From positions 128,001-192,000 of IMG/VR virus record IMGVR_UViG_3300045988_126112: a stretch of DNA of 64,000 nt. One strand, 5' to 3'. Source of the DNA: a virus. The notes below the pieces were generated by a model, which saw nothing but the letters and a program-made list of their open reading frames with translations, was not told where the DNA came from and did no database searches. The position numbers and the translations under genes were made by a program. Below are positions 46,259 through 54,360 of the stretch, piece by piece (the stretch's first letter is position 1; every line of letters begins with the position of its first letter).

Positions 46259-46762
46259 ATGAATAACTTATATAACAATAAAGAGGATAAAGCAGAAAGA
46301 TTTTTAGATTGGATAGCAGAAGTAGTGTTACCTACTATAAAAAATGGAGGTTCAACTCCAGAAGAAATTACTGGAAATGGTATATCTGCTATGAGTGGAA
46401 TGATACCATTACAAGAATATTATGATGAAGTAAATTATCATTTAAAAAAAATTAATGAATCAATGGAGTTTTATAATAAAGTATACTTTGATAGATTTAG
46501 AGATTTAGAAAGAGATGGTATATATACAATAGATGATGTGTATAATTTTGTTTTAGATAAAAATAAATATAATTTTATGAGCGATGAAGAATTAAATAAG
46601 CTTTTAATAAATTTAGGATTTTTATGTATTGATCAAGCTGGTCATTATCATACAAATGCAGAAAAGGTTATAAGTTTAAAACCATTGACATTAACATTAA
46701 GAGGTTTAATAGAATTAAGCTATGCTATAGACAATCCTGGTGATATATACTTCCATTTTTAA
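46259..46762 (+). CDS. N-terminally truncated paralog of 45423-46187 (lacks most of the BRO-N domain)
   Basis: 167 aa. AERFLDWIAEVVLPTI..GNGISAMSGMIPL...LINLGF...SLKPLTLTLRGLIELSYAIDNPGDIYFHF is collinear with the C-terminal two thirds of the upstream gene. Confidence 0.85.
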   Translation: MNNLYNNKEDKAERFLDWIAEVVLPTIKNGGSTPEEITGNGISAMSGMIPLQEYYDEVNYHLKKINESMEFYNKVYFDRFRDLERDGIYTIDDVYNFVLDKNKYNFMSDEELNKLLINLGFLCIDQAGHYHTNAEKVISLKPLTLTLRGLIELSYAIDNPGDIYFHF

Positions 46763-46782
46763 AGTAAAGTTTTAGCTATAGT

Positions 46783-46810
46783 TTCGGATGTCCGTTAACG
46801 GACATCCGAA
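46783..46810 (+). terminator. perfect 28-nt palindrome or hairpin closing the BRO array
   Basis: TTCGGATGTCCGTT|AACGGACATCCGAA followed by TTTG. It shares TCGGAT..ATCCGA ends with the hairpin at 44256-44284. Confidence 0.6.
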
Positions 46811-46887
46811 TTTGTTACTTATATTTATTTTTTGTTTTTAAGCGTTTATAACTAAATAATAAATTTATATATGAAAGGAAGGTTAAT

Positions 46888-47265
46888 ATGGAAGATAAAG
46901 TACTAGATAAAGCTTGGGAAAAAAATTTTAATAAGGCTAAAAAGCATTATCAACAATATGGAAATTTGGATATAGAGGATAAGAATATTCAAATATGGTT
47001 AAAGAAACAGAGATTTTTATATAAGAATGGTAAATTAGATTTTAATAAGGCTGTTCTTTTAACTTCATTAGATATAGATTGGTTTCCAGAAAAGAAAGAA
47101 TATGCTAAAATGCTAGATACTTTAGAGGATATGACAGCAGATGAAATACAAGAAAGTATTGAATATCAACAACTCTACAATGTATCTAATAATGAAAATT
47201 ATTTAGATATAAGAGAAAGATTAATGTCGATACTTAATAGAAAGTTGGCGTTAAATAATGGTTAA
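46888..47265 (+). CDS. helicase-associated (HA) domain-like protein
   Basis: 125 aa. WEKNFNKAKKHYQQYGNLDI...IQIWLKKQRFLYKNGKL...LLTSLDIDW fits the HA-domain pattern. Confidence 0.75.
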   Translation: MEDKVLDKAWEKNFNKAKKHYQQYGNLDIEDKNIQIWLKKQRFLYKNGKLDFNKAVLLTSLDIDWFPEKKEYAKMLDTLEDMTADEIQESIEYQQLYNVSNNENYLDIRERLMSILNRKLALNNG

Positions 47266-47563
47266 AAAGAAGAGAGTTACAGTAAGAGTATCATTAGATA
47301 ATAATATAGATATCATTTATTTTGAAAGAGATGGCAAAGGTGATATTATAGAAAAAAAAGATAACTTCGTAGCAGAAGATATAGTATCTTGTATTACAGA
47401 ATTATATGTTTTACATGTATTAAAGCAACAAGATTTTATAGAAGATATGATATTAGTTTTCTCAGAAGCAGATTTCTATGTTAATGAAATATTTAAATTA
47501 GGTATAGTGATAGGATCCTTATCTTGTAACTTAGGTGAAGACATAAAGATAGAATTAATATAA
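47258..47563 (+). CDS. hypothetical protein
   Basis: 101 aa. Overlaps the previous gene through ATGGTTAA (translational coupling). Confidence 0.8.
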   Translation: MVKKKRVTVRVSLDNNIDIIYFERDGKGDIIEKKDNFVAEDIVSCITELYVLHVLKQQDFIEDMILVFSEADFYVNEIFKLGIVIGSLSCNLGEDIKIELI

Positions 47564-47569
47564 TAATAT

Positions 47570-47605
47570 GCCTGATGTAGTTAAGTCTGCATCAGGCTAA
47601 TTTTT
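47570..47605 (+). terminator. intrinsic terminator
   Basis: Stem GCCTGATGTAG/CTGCATCAGGC (one G-T pair) followed by TAATTTTT. Confidence 0.75.
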
Positions 47606-47619
47606 AAGGAGATGATATA

Positions 47620-48849
47620 ATGGCTACAACTACTAAAAAGATAAACAGAATTACTAATGAAAAAGATGTTGATATGTTTCTTAATCTTAAAGAAGAAGAT
47701 ATTACATCATCATTTATAATGGAAAATTTTGCACAGTTTAATGGTAATCCACCAAAATTTAATGTGTATGATGAAATAGTTATTCCTAAAGGAGCTTATG
47801 GCTTAGGAGATATTAAAAATACACAATCATTTACAACTACATTAGGTGCTTGGGTATTTAATAAATTCTTTATAGAAAAGGATTTGATTCATATATTTGG
47901 ATATGAAACTAATGCTATAAGCGATAAATATTATGGTAAAATGAATAAGAAACTATCTTATGCTTTATTAGAAGATGATATTACTTTAGACCAATTAAAA
48001 CATTTCTTAATGAAAACACAACAATTTATGCCTTACGTTTCTATACTATCTCCAAGTGTAACTATGAAACTTTTACTATGTGATAAAGTTATAGCTAAAG
48101 AAAAGGAAAGATTAGTTAGACTTCATAAAGCTGAAATAGATGCAGGAAATGAAATTGTTACTGAACAAATTGAAAAAGAATTATTAAAATTTGCTCAAGA
48201 ATATCTTGAAGGTGATGATTCAATGGAATGTTATGATTCTGGGGCACGTATGAAATTAGGTAACCACTTTAAAAATATGAATGTTATGAGGGGTGCTGCT
48301 AAAGATCCAGACCCAGATAAAGGATATAATATAATGCTTTCAAATTATATGAGTGGTATAACAGCTGAAGACTATGCTAAATTATGTAATACAATGGCTG
48401 CTGGTCCATATTCTAGAGGTAAGAAAACAGCTATAGGTGGATATTGGGAAAAGCTATTCGTATCTGCATTCCAACATCTTAGATTAGATCCTCCTGGTTC
48501 AGATTGTGGAACTAAAGATACATTAACTATAAAACTTAATAATCCAGAAGACTATATTTATTCTTATATAGTAGAGAATGGTAAATTAGTTGAATTAACT
48601 TCAAAAAATATGGATAAGTATAAAGGTAAAACTGTTAAAATGAGATTCTCATCTTTATGTAAATCTAAAACAGGTTTCTGTAATCATTGTGCAGGAAATC
48701 TATTCTATAGAATAGGTGGCTTTGAAAATATAGGTGTAGCATTAGCACTTATCCCATCTATATTAAAGAATACTTCAATGAAAGCTTTCCATGATAGTAC
48801 TGTAAAAATGGTAGAAATAGATATTGAACATGCTTTTGGTCAAGATTAA
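47620..48849 (+). CDS. multisubunit RNA polymerase beta' fragment (bridge-helix to trigger-loop region)
   Basis: 409 aa. MRGAAKDP..YNIMLSNYMSGITAEDYAKLCNTMAAGPYSRGKKTAIGGYWEKLFVSAFQ aligns with beta' GMRGLM..P.I.SNFREGL...EYF.S.HGARKGL.DTALKTA.SGYLTRRLVDV. CKSKTGFCNHCAGNLFYRIG..IGVALALIPSILKNTSMKAFH aligns with C...G.C..CYG.DL...GEAVG.IAAQSIGEPGTQLTMRTFH. Confidence 0.75.
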   Translation: MATTTKKINRITNEKDVDMFLNLKEEDITSSFIMENFAQFNGNPPKFNVYDEIVIPKGAYGLGDIKNTQSFTTTLGAWVFNKFFIEKDLIHIFGYETNAISDKYYGKMNKKLSYALLEDDITLDQLKHFLMKTQQFMPYVSILSPSVTMKLLLCDKVIAKEKERLVRLHKAEIDAGNEIVTEQIEKELLKFAQEYLEGDDSMECYDSGARMKLGNHFKNMNVMRGAAKDPDPDKGYNIMLSNYMSGITAEDYAKLCNTMAAGPYSRGKKTAIGGYWEKLFVSAFQHLRLDPPGSDCGTKDTLTIKLNNPEDYIYSYIVENGKLVELTSKNMDKYKGKTVKMRFSSLCKSKTGFCNHCAGNLFYRIGGFENIGVALALIPSILKNTSMKAFHDSTVKMVEIDIEHAFGQD

Positions 48850-48923
48850 CATATATTAAAGGGATTAAAAGATGGAGTTGAGTAAATATCTCAGCTCCAA
48901 AAAATTTACAAGGAGTGAGTGTT

Positions 48924-49877
48924 ATGATTAAAAAACTATTTTTAGTGCTTAAATCTCTTAATACCATGATATTTAAGAAGAAAAAAGATATTGCATCAGA
49001 TAATAATCCTCCAGAAACAAATGATGATGCAATAATAGACGGTGATAAGATTTTAGAAGAAAAGAAAAAAGAAGAAGCAGCTAAGGAAGAAGAAGCTAAA
49101 GAAACAGAAGAAACAATAGAAGATGAACCAGATTTAGAAGACATGAATAAAACTGGAATTGTTACTGCTACAGCTTTATATGTTAGAGATGGTCCATCTA
49201 AAGATTATAGCATCTTAGGTTGTGTATTGGAAAATGATAAGGTAAATATTATTGGAAGAAATAAAGCAACTGGATGGTATAAAATTGAGTTTAAAGAAAC
49301 ATTTGGATATGTATCAAGCAAATATGTATTTACAGCAACTATATCTACTGTAAATAATTTAAAGTATGGTAAAGGCTGTGAAGAAATAGATGAAGTTGTA
49401 GGATCACACAAATGTTGTTTTAAATTTAATCAAGCTGTATTAACTCAATATGCTGGAGATGAAGTTGGTTCATATGGTAAATTAATATATGATCATCATT
49501 GTGCTGCACATAATTTACCTTATGGAACTTTAGTATATATTCCTATGCTTAAAGGAGTAGTAAATAATACAGGATTATTTACTGTAATGGATACTGGAGG
49601 GCATGGCATGGATTTTGATATCTATACTAAAAAAGACATAGGCAAAATAAATGGTGATGTATATGTAGTATCTTGGGGAACTGGACCAATAGCATGGTCT
49701 TTTACTCAAGCTATAGAATATTATATTAGAACTAAGAAAGTTGAGAGATTTAATTCAGCTTGGAATCTATATAATAGAATGAATGGATGTACTATAAACT
49801 TCTGGAAATATAAAACTGACGACCGTAATATTACTTCAAAATCATGGTATAGTAAAACTAATATTAAACAACCATAG
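48924..49877 (+). CDS. cell-wall hydrolase candidate: SH3b domain plus 3D (MltA/YuiC-like) domain
   Basis: The track start is GTG 48915. ATG 48924 sits 8 nt after AAGGAG. SH3b: ALYVRDGPSKDYSILGCVLENDKVNIIGRNKATGWYKIEF..GYVSSKYV. 3D domain: AAHNLPYGTLVYIP...FTVMDTGGHGMDFDIYT. Confidence 0.75.
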   Translation: MIKKLFLVLKSLNTMIFKKKKDIASDNNPPETNDDAIIDGDKILEEKKKEEAAKEEEAKETEETIEDEPDLEDMNKTGIVTATALYVRDGPSKDYSILGCVLENDKVNIIGRNKATGWYKIEFKETFGYVSSKYVFTATISTVNNLKYGKGCEEIDEVVGSHKCCFKFNQAVLTQYAGDEVGSYGKLIYDHHCAAHNLPYGTLVYIPMLKGVVNNTGLFTVMDTGGHGMDFDIYTKKDIGKINGDVYVVSWGTGPIAWSFTQAIEYYIRTKKVERFNSAWNLYNRMNGCTINFWKYKTDDRNITSKSWYSKTNIKQP

Positions 49878-49897
49878 AGAAATCTATGGTTGTTTTT
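49870..49897 (+). terminator. intrinsic terminator
   Basis: Stem AACCATAGA/TCTATGGTT followed by GTTTTT. Confidence 0.7.
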
Positions 49898-49924
49898 ATT
49901 TGTAATTGTAAAATAAAATAATCA

Positions 49925-49933
49925 TATATTATA
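49925..49933 (+). promoter_or_regulatory. promoter-like motif TATATTATA
   Basis: AATCATATATTATAA, 38 nt upstream of ATG 49972. Confidence 0.5.
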
Positions 49934-49971
49934 AACATGTACTATAATAAAATAAAAAGGGGGATGTATTT

Positions 49972-50946
49972 ATGAATACATTAGAAAAATCTTTAATAAT
50001 TGGAACAGCTACAGTAGCATCAGTAGCTGTAATAAATAAAGTTGATGCTGCTAGTTATGGTAGTTATATAACTACAAATAACTTAAACTTGAGAGCTAGT
50101 ATGAGTACTAGCTCACAAAAATTAGTTACAATACCAAAAGGAGGTAAAGTTACTTTAGTGATGAAATACTCTAATGGATGGTCAAAAGTAACTTATAATG
50201 GTAGAACAGGATATGTGTCTACACAATACATTAAAGCAGCAGGTAGTAGTAATAACACAACACCTACACCATCTCCATCACCAAGTTATGGTAAGACTGC
50301 TAGAACAACAGCAGTTTTAAATCTTAGAAGAGGAGCTGGTACTAGCTACACTAGCATTATGAAAATACCATCTAATGCTACTGTGACTATAATAGCTAGA
50401 TATAATAATGGGTGGAGTAAAGTAAACTACTCTGGTAAAGTTGGTTTTGTCTCTAGTCAATATTTAACAACTGGAGCTCAATCAAATAACAACAATAATA
50501 ACTCTTCAAGATGTACTAGTGGTTATGCCACTAATACATTAATTATAGTTGATAAAAATTCAAGAAGAGTCAATTTCTATAGAAATTGTAGATTGGTTAG
50601 AAGCATGCCTTGTGCTATAGGCAAAGCTTCAACTCAGACACCATCAGGCAAATATAGAGTTTTGGAAAAAATCCAAAACCGTCCTTATTATAAGGACCAT
50701 ATAGCTGGTGGAGATCCTAGAAATCCACTAGGAAAATATTGGCTTGGTATAGGTAATGGATATGCATTACATGGAACAAATAATGAAGGTTCCATAGGAG
50801 GTGCAGTAAGCCATGGATGTATGAGAATGTACAATTCAGACATCCAATGGTTGTACAGTCAAGCAAAAGTAGGAACTACAGTTCTAATAGATAATGGTAG
50901 TACTGCTTCAATAGCTACAAAATATAGATTTAAAATCTATTATTAA
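49972..50946 (+). CDS. secreted L,D-transpeptidase (YkuD) with two SH3b domains
   Basis: 324 aa. Signal-peptide-like N-terminus LIIGTATVASVAVINKVDA|AS. Two SH3b repeats (LNLRASMSTSS..GWSKVTYNGRTGYVSTQYI and LNLRRGAGTSY..GWSKVNYSGKVGFVSSQYL). YkuD core TPSGKY...YALHGTN...GGAVSHGCMRMYNSDIQWLY. Confidence 0.85.
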   Translation: MNTLEKSLIIGTATVASVAVINKVDAASYGSYITTNNLNLRASMSTSSQKLVTIPKGGKVTLVMKYSNGWSKVTYNGRTGYVSTQYIKAAGSSNNTTPTPSPSPSYGKTARTTAVLNLRRGAGTSYTSIMKIPSNATVTIIARYNNGWSKVNYSGKVGFVSSQYLTTGAQSNNNNNNSSRCTSGYATNTLIIVDKNSRRVNFYRNCRLVRSMPCAIGKASTQTPSGKYRVLEKIQNRPYYKDHIAGGDPRNPLGKYWLGIGNGYALHGTNNEGSIGGAVSHGCMRMYNSDIQWLYSQAKVGTTVLIDNGSTASIATKYRFKIYY

Positions 50947-50952
50947 ATATCT

Positions 50953-50979
50953 TATCACTTATATATTATATAAGTGATA
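50953..50979. repeat. 27-nt perfect palindrome containing the promoter-like motif
   Basis: TATCACTTATATA-T-TATATAAGTGATA. TATATTATA occupies 50962-50970. Confidence 0.85.
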
Positions 50980-51016
50980 GAAACCACTAGCTTAAATGCT
51001 AGTGGTTTCTTTTTTT
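50980..51016 (+). terminator. intrinsic terminator
   Basis: Stem GAAACCACTAGC/GCTAGTGGTTTC followed by T7. Confidence 0.85.
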
Positions 51017-51036
51017 ATTTTTAGGAGGTAGAGATT

Positions 51037-51606
51037 ATGATAACACTAATTGAGTACAATGAAAAAAATTTTAAATCAGAGGGGGAATTGTTTAATATTA
51101 TAACTGATGCAATGCATCAAAATGGTATAAAATATATACCAATAGTGAAAGGATATAATTTAAATGGTAATGAAAAAACTATATTAGACTTAGCATCAGA
51201 AATGATAGAAGGTGATATTACTGAACCTATTATAATAAAATTACCAAACAAATATCTAGATGAATTAGATATAAACAAATTGCATAAGTTTTATAAGAAA
51301 GCAAATAAAAGTGATAAAATGTTTATTATACTAAAACCATTAGCTAAAGATGTAAGTATTAGAGTTTTATCTTCATTTATTTGGAATGCAATGATTATAG
51401 ATAGCAATAATATAATATTTGCAAATGTGAAAAGCAAAATACCAGAATTAGCTAAAACTTGTTTGGTATTAACAATAGGCGAAGATAATATAAAAGTTAC
51501 ATCACCAGTATTAGATGATATTAAAAAGTATATCATAGATAACGAAATAAGTAATGAAAAGGATTGTGTTCCTTTGAAAATAGTTATAAATGGTGAAGAA
51601 ATATAA
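51037..51606 (+). CDS. hypothetical protein
   Basis: 189 aa. TAGGAGG RBS. Confidence 0.85.
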   Translation: MITLIEYNEKNFKSEGELFNIITDAMHQNGIKYIPIVKGYNLNGNEKTILDLASEMIEGDITEPIIIKLPNKYLDELDINKLHKFYKKANKSDKMFIILKPLAKDVSIRVLSSFIWNAMIIDSNNIIFANVKSKIPELAKTCLVLTIGEDNIKVTSPVLDDIKKYIIDNEISNEKDCVPLKIVINGEEI

Positions 51607-51618
51607 GGAGGTAATGTT

Positions 51619-51771
51619 ATGAGTTCAAGTATTTATAAATGGATGGTTATATATGAAGATTACTCAACACAAGTAATTACAGCAAATAGTGTAATGGATG
51701 TGATAATGAGTAGTGATTTAGAGCAAAGTGACAGTAATATAATTAGTGTAATAAGATTAGATTACTGCTAG
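51619..51771 (+). CDS. small hypothetical protein (50 aa, below the track cutoff)
   Basis: Hand-translated as MSSSIYKWMVIYEDYSTQVITANSVMDVIMSSDLEQSDSNIISVIRLDYC. AAGGAGG RBS. Confidence 0.6.
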   Translation: MSSSIYKWMVIYEDYSTQVITANSVMDVIMSSDLEQSDSNIISVIRLDYC

Positions 51772-51791
51772 ATTAAATTTATATTTGATTA

Positions 51792-51800
51792 TATATTATA
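51792..51800 (+). promoter_or_regulatory. promoter-like motif TATATTATA
   Basis: GATTATATATTATAG, 65 nt upstream of ATG 51866. Confidence 0.45.
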
Positions 51801-51808
51801 GATGTGTA

Positions 51809-51834
51809 AAGAGATAGTTAATCAACTATCTCTT
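51809..51834 (+). terminator. hairpin AAGAGATAGTT/AACTATCTCTT followed by AAATATTATATTTA
   Basis: 11-bp stem with loop AATC. Homologous to the hairpin at 52671-52700. Confidence 0.5.
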
Positions 51835-51865
51835 TTAAATATTATATTTATTAGGAGGTACTAAT

Positions 51866-52633
51866 ATGAGATTAGTAGATGTTAAAAATTTAAAAGTTAT
51901 GGTAAATGGAGAAGAATTAGCAATGAGAGAGTTAAAAGAAAATGAAAACTATTACTTAATGCAATTCTATAAAGAAAACATTAGAAAAGGATACAATAAA
52001 GAATTTGACTACTATACAATGGGAGAAACAAAAGAAGAAATATTATCAGAATTAGATACAAATGCTAGAGATAAAAAAGCTGCTAGAGATAATTTTAGAT
52101 ATACTTCAGATGAAATTGTAAACAGTAGTGCACTTCTATTTAATGAAGAATTTGTAAAAGGCAAAATTAAATTAGAAGACTTAGCAGAAGTAGAAAGAAA
52201 TAAAGATGGAAAGATATTACATTATAAAGTAAAACCAGAATATTGTGTATCAGAAGAAGCAGAATTTAAATATGATGAAAAAGGTAATCCAATTCATGTA
52301 AATTTTAATAATAAAGAATACGAAATACAAAAAATCTATGATACTAAAGGTAGAATAGCACAAATAGTTTATTATATAGATGGAGAATTTGTATATAAAG
52401 AATCTACTTCATATTATGAAAATTATGAAGAAACATTATGCCATACAGGTGCTTATCAAAATATTAATAGACGATATTATGATGATAAGAAAAGACCATT
52501 AGTTGAATTTATATCTGATGGTATCGAATTTAACAAAGATGATATTTCAGCTATTTCAACTTATGAATATCTTGACAATGGAGATGTAATAGAAGAAAGT
52601 CTTATTATAAGTGATGGAGTATACAATTTATAA
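51866..52633 (+). CDS. YD/RHS-repeat-like small protein
   Basis: 255 aa. Repeats AEFKYDEKGNPIHV, QKIYDTKGRIAQIVY, RRYYDDKKRPLVEF and STYEYLDNGDVIEE. Confidence 0.8.
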   Translation: MRLVDVKNLKVMVNGEELAMRELKENENYYLMQFYKENIRKGYNKEFDYYTMGETKEEILSELDTNARDKKAARDNFRYTSDEIVNSSALLFNEEFVKGKIKLEDLAEVERNKDGKILHYKVKPEYCVSEEAEFKYDEKGNPIHVNFNNKEYEIQKIYDTKGRIAQIVYYIDGEFVYKESTSYYENYEETLCHTGAYQNINRRYYDDKKRPLVEFISDGIEFNKDDISAISTYEYLDNGDVIEESLIISDGVYNL

Positions 52634-52670
52634 AAATATAGATGTAAAAACTAAATAATAAGTAAGTCTA

Positions 52671-52700
52671 AAAGAGAGATAGTCATGACTATCTCTCTTT
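52671..52700 (+). terminator. perfect 30-nt palindrome or hairpin followed by AAAATATTATATAATTTT
   Basis: AAAGAGAGATAGTCA|TGACTATCTCTCTTT. This is the 51809 hairpin with a compensated 2-nt insertion in each arm. Confidence 0.55.
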
Positions 52701-52732
52701 AAAATATTATATAATTTTAGGAGGAATGTTAT

Positions 52733-53323
52733 ATGTTAACAAGAGAACAAGTTATAAGTAGAAGAGATGTACAAGAAGCTATAAAAAGCTGTGGAAGTGT
52801 ATTTAGTAAAGTTGATTTTGATGAATTAGTTTTCTCAAATCGTCATGATGGAAAAGACTATTTCATAATAGAAAACAATCTTTTTAGAGATGAAAATCAA
52901 AGATATCTATATGAATTAAGAATAGGACATGATGAAGTTTATTATGATACAGCATTAATATTATTAGATAAAGATGCAAATATAATAGAAGGAACTGAAG
53001 CAGAACTAAATGATGTATGGTCTTGTGGAGACTGGAAAATAGTAAGAGGATGCCAATTCTGCTGTGAAACTAATGGAGTCTTATTAACTTCAATGGAAAA
53101 TGGAGAAGACACAATATATTCAACTATAAGAATGGATATGGAAGCTTTACAAATAGACAATGAATTAGCATATCAACAAAAAGATGATACAAAACATTGT
53201 TATGGTAAATGGTCAGACACAGGTATCAATATAAACTTCTGTCCAGTTTGTGGTAGAAGATTAAGAAGTAGAGATGATGAGTTAATACCTTATAAAGGAA
53301 TTAACTTAGATTTAAATCATTAA
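52733..53323 (+). CDS. hypothetical protein with a C-terminal CxxC motif
   Basis: 196 aa. GCQFCCE...HCYGKW...FCPVCGRRL. Confidence 0.85.
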   Translation: MLTREQVISRRDVQEAIKSCGSVFSKVDFDELVFSNRHDGKDYFIIENNLFRDENQRYLYELRIGHDEVYYDTALILLDKDANIIEGTEAELNDVWSCGDWKIVRGCQFCCETNGVLLTSMENGEDTIYSTIRMDMEALQIDNELAYQQKDDTKHCYGKWSDTGININFCPVCGRRLRSRDDELIPYKGINLDLNH

Positions 53324-53382
53324 TACAACTAGTCAAGGGAGATTTCTATCTTCCTTGGTTATTTTTTTAAGGAGAGATTGAC

Positions 53383-53547
53383 ATGAAAAAAGAAAAAACT
53401 AATTGTTGTGATTGTAAAAATTTTGATCAAGTGAAAACTTACTTAAGTGGAAAAAATTCTTATTTCTGCAAATATAAATTTAAATGGGTAAGTTCAGTAT
53501 TTAGTAAATTGAGATCAAAATACTGTAAAGGATTTAAAAGAAAATAA
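53383..53547 (+). CDS. small Cys/Lys-rich protein (54 aa, below the track cutoff)
   Basis: Hand-translated as MKKEKTNCCDCKNFDQVKTYLSGKNSYFCKYKFKWVSSVFSKLRSKYCKGFKRK. AAGGAGAG RBS. Confidence 0.6.
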   Translation: MKKEKTNCCDCKNFDQVKTYLSGKNSYFCKYKFKWVSSVFSKLRSKYCKGFKRK

Positions 53548-53566
53548 TTATTGGAGGTAAGTTATT

Positions 53567-54340
53567 ATGATAAAAACATTATTAAACGAAAAGGAATATG
53601 AAGAATATTTAAATTTAAGAAAAGCTGTTGATGCTTTAGTAAAGACAGTAAATAGTTATTCAGTAAGTAGACATACCAATTATTCAATGTTAACAGGTAT
53701 GGGTACTAATTTTATTATAACACATCAAGAACTTAATTCAAAATTTTCAAATAAAGAAGAATCTTTAGTTGAACAACATTTTGTAAATTGTTTGAATACT
53801 AAGAATATGGAAAAATGTGATGTTTTATATAGCAATTCTATATTTAATATAAGAGTAAAAAGAAATCATGGAAACTTAGTTAGATATAGTAAATATTTAA
53901 TTAGAAGTGGAAATATAGCTAGTGACTTAAAACAGAAATTTGATGAGAATGATAGACTTATTGAATCTATAAAACATGATTATGATAATAGTATAGATGA
54001 ATTTAGTACAATAACTTGTAAATATAGTTATAATACTAAAGGAGAATTGTTTAAATATATAAAAACAAAAACAAGAACTGAAAATGGAAAAACTGAGCAT
54101 CTGTATACAGATGAAAGAGTTAGAGTATTTGAAACAATAAATGGTATAGAATTTAATAAATTTAAAAATAATATTTCAGATGAAACTATGTACACATATA
54201 TATTAGATAAAGATAAACATGTGTGTTCAGAAAAACCAAATCAAATAATACTTAAATATAAGACTGATAGAGGAATTTCAATTGATGAAAGATACAATCT
54301 TAATATAGATGTATTTAATATTTGTAATCAAAATATGTAA
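53567..54340 (+). CDS. YD/RHS-repeat-like small protein
   Basis: 257 aa. FDENDRLIESIKHDYDN, CKYSYNTKGELFKYIK. Confidence 0.8.
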   Translation: MIKTLLNEKEYEEYLNLRKAVDALVKTVNSYSVSRHTNYSMLTGMGTNFIITHQELNSKFSNKEESLVEQHFVNCLNTKNMEKCDVLYSNSIFNIRVKRNHGNLVRYSKYLIRSGNIASDLKQKFDENDRLIESIKHDYDNSIDEFSTITCKYSYNTKGELFKYIKTKTRTENGKTEHLYTDERVRVFETINGIEFNKFKNNISDETMYTYILDKDKHVCSEKPNQIILKYKTDRGISIDERYNLNIDVFNICNQNM

Positions 54341-54360
54341 ATAAAGGGAGGAATAATAAT

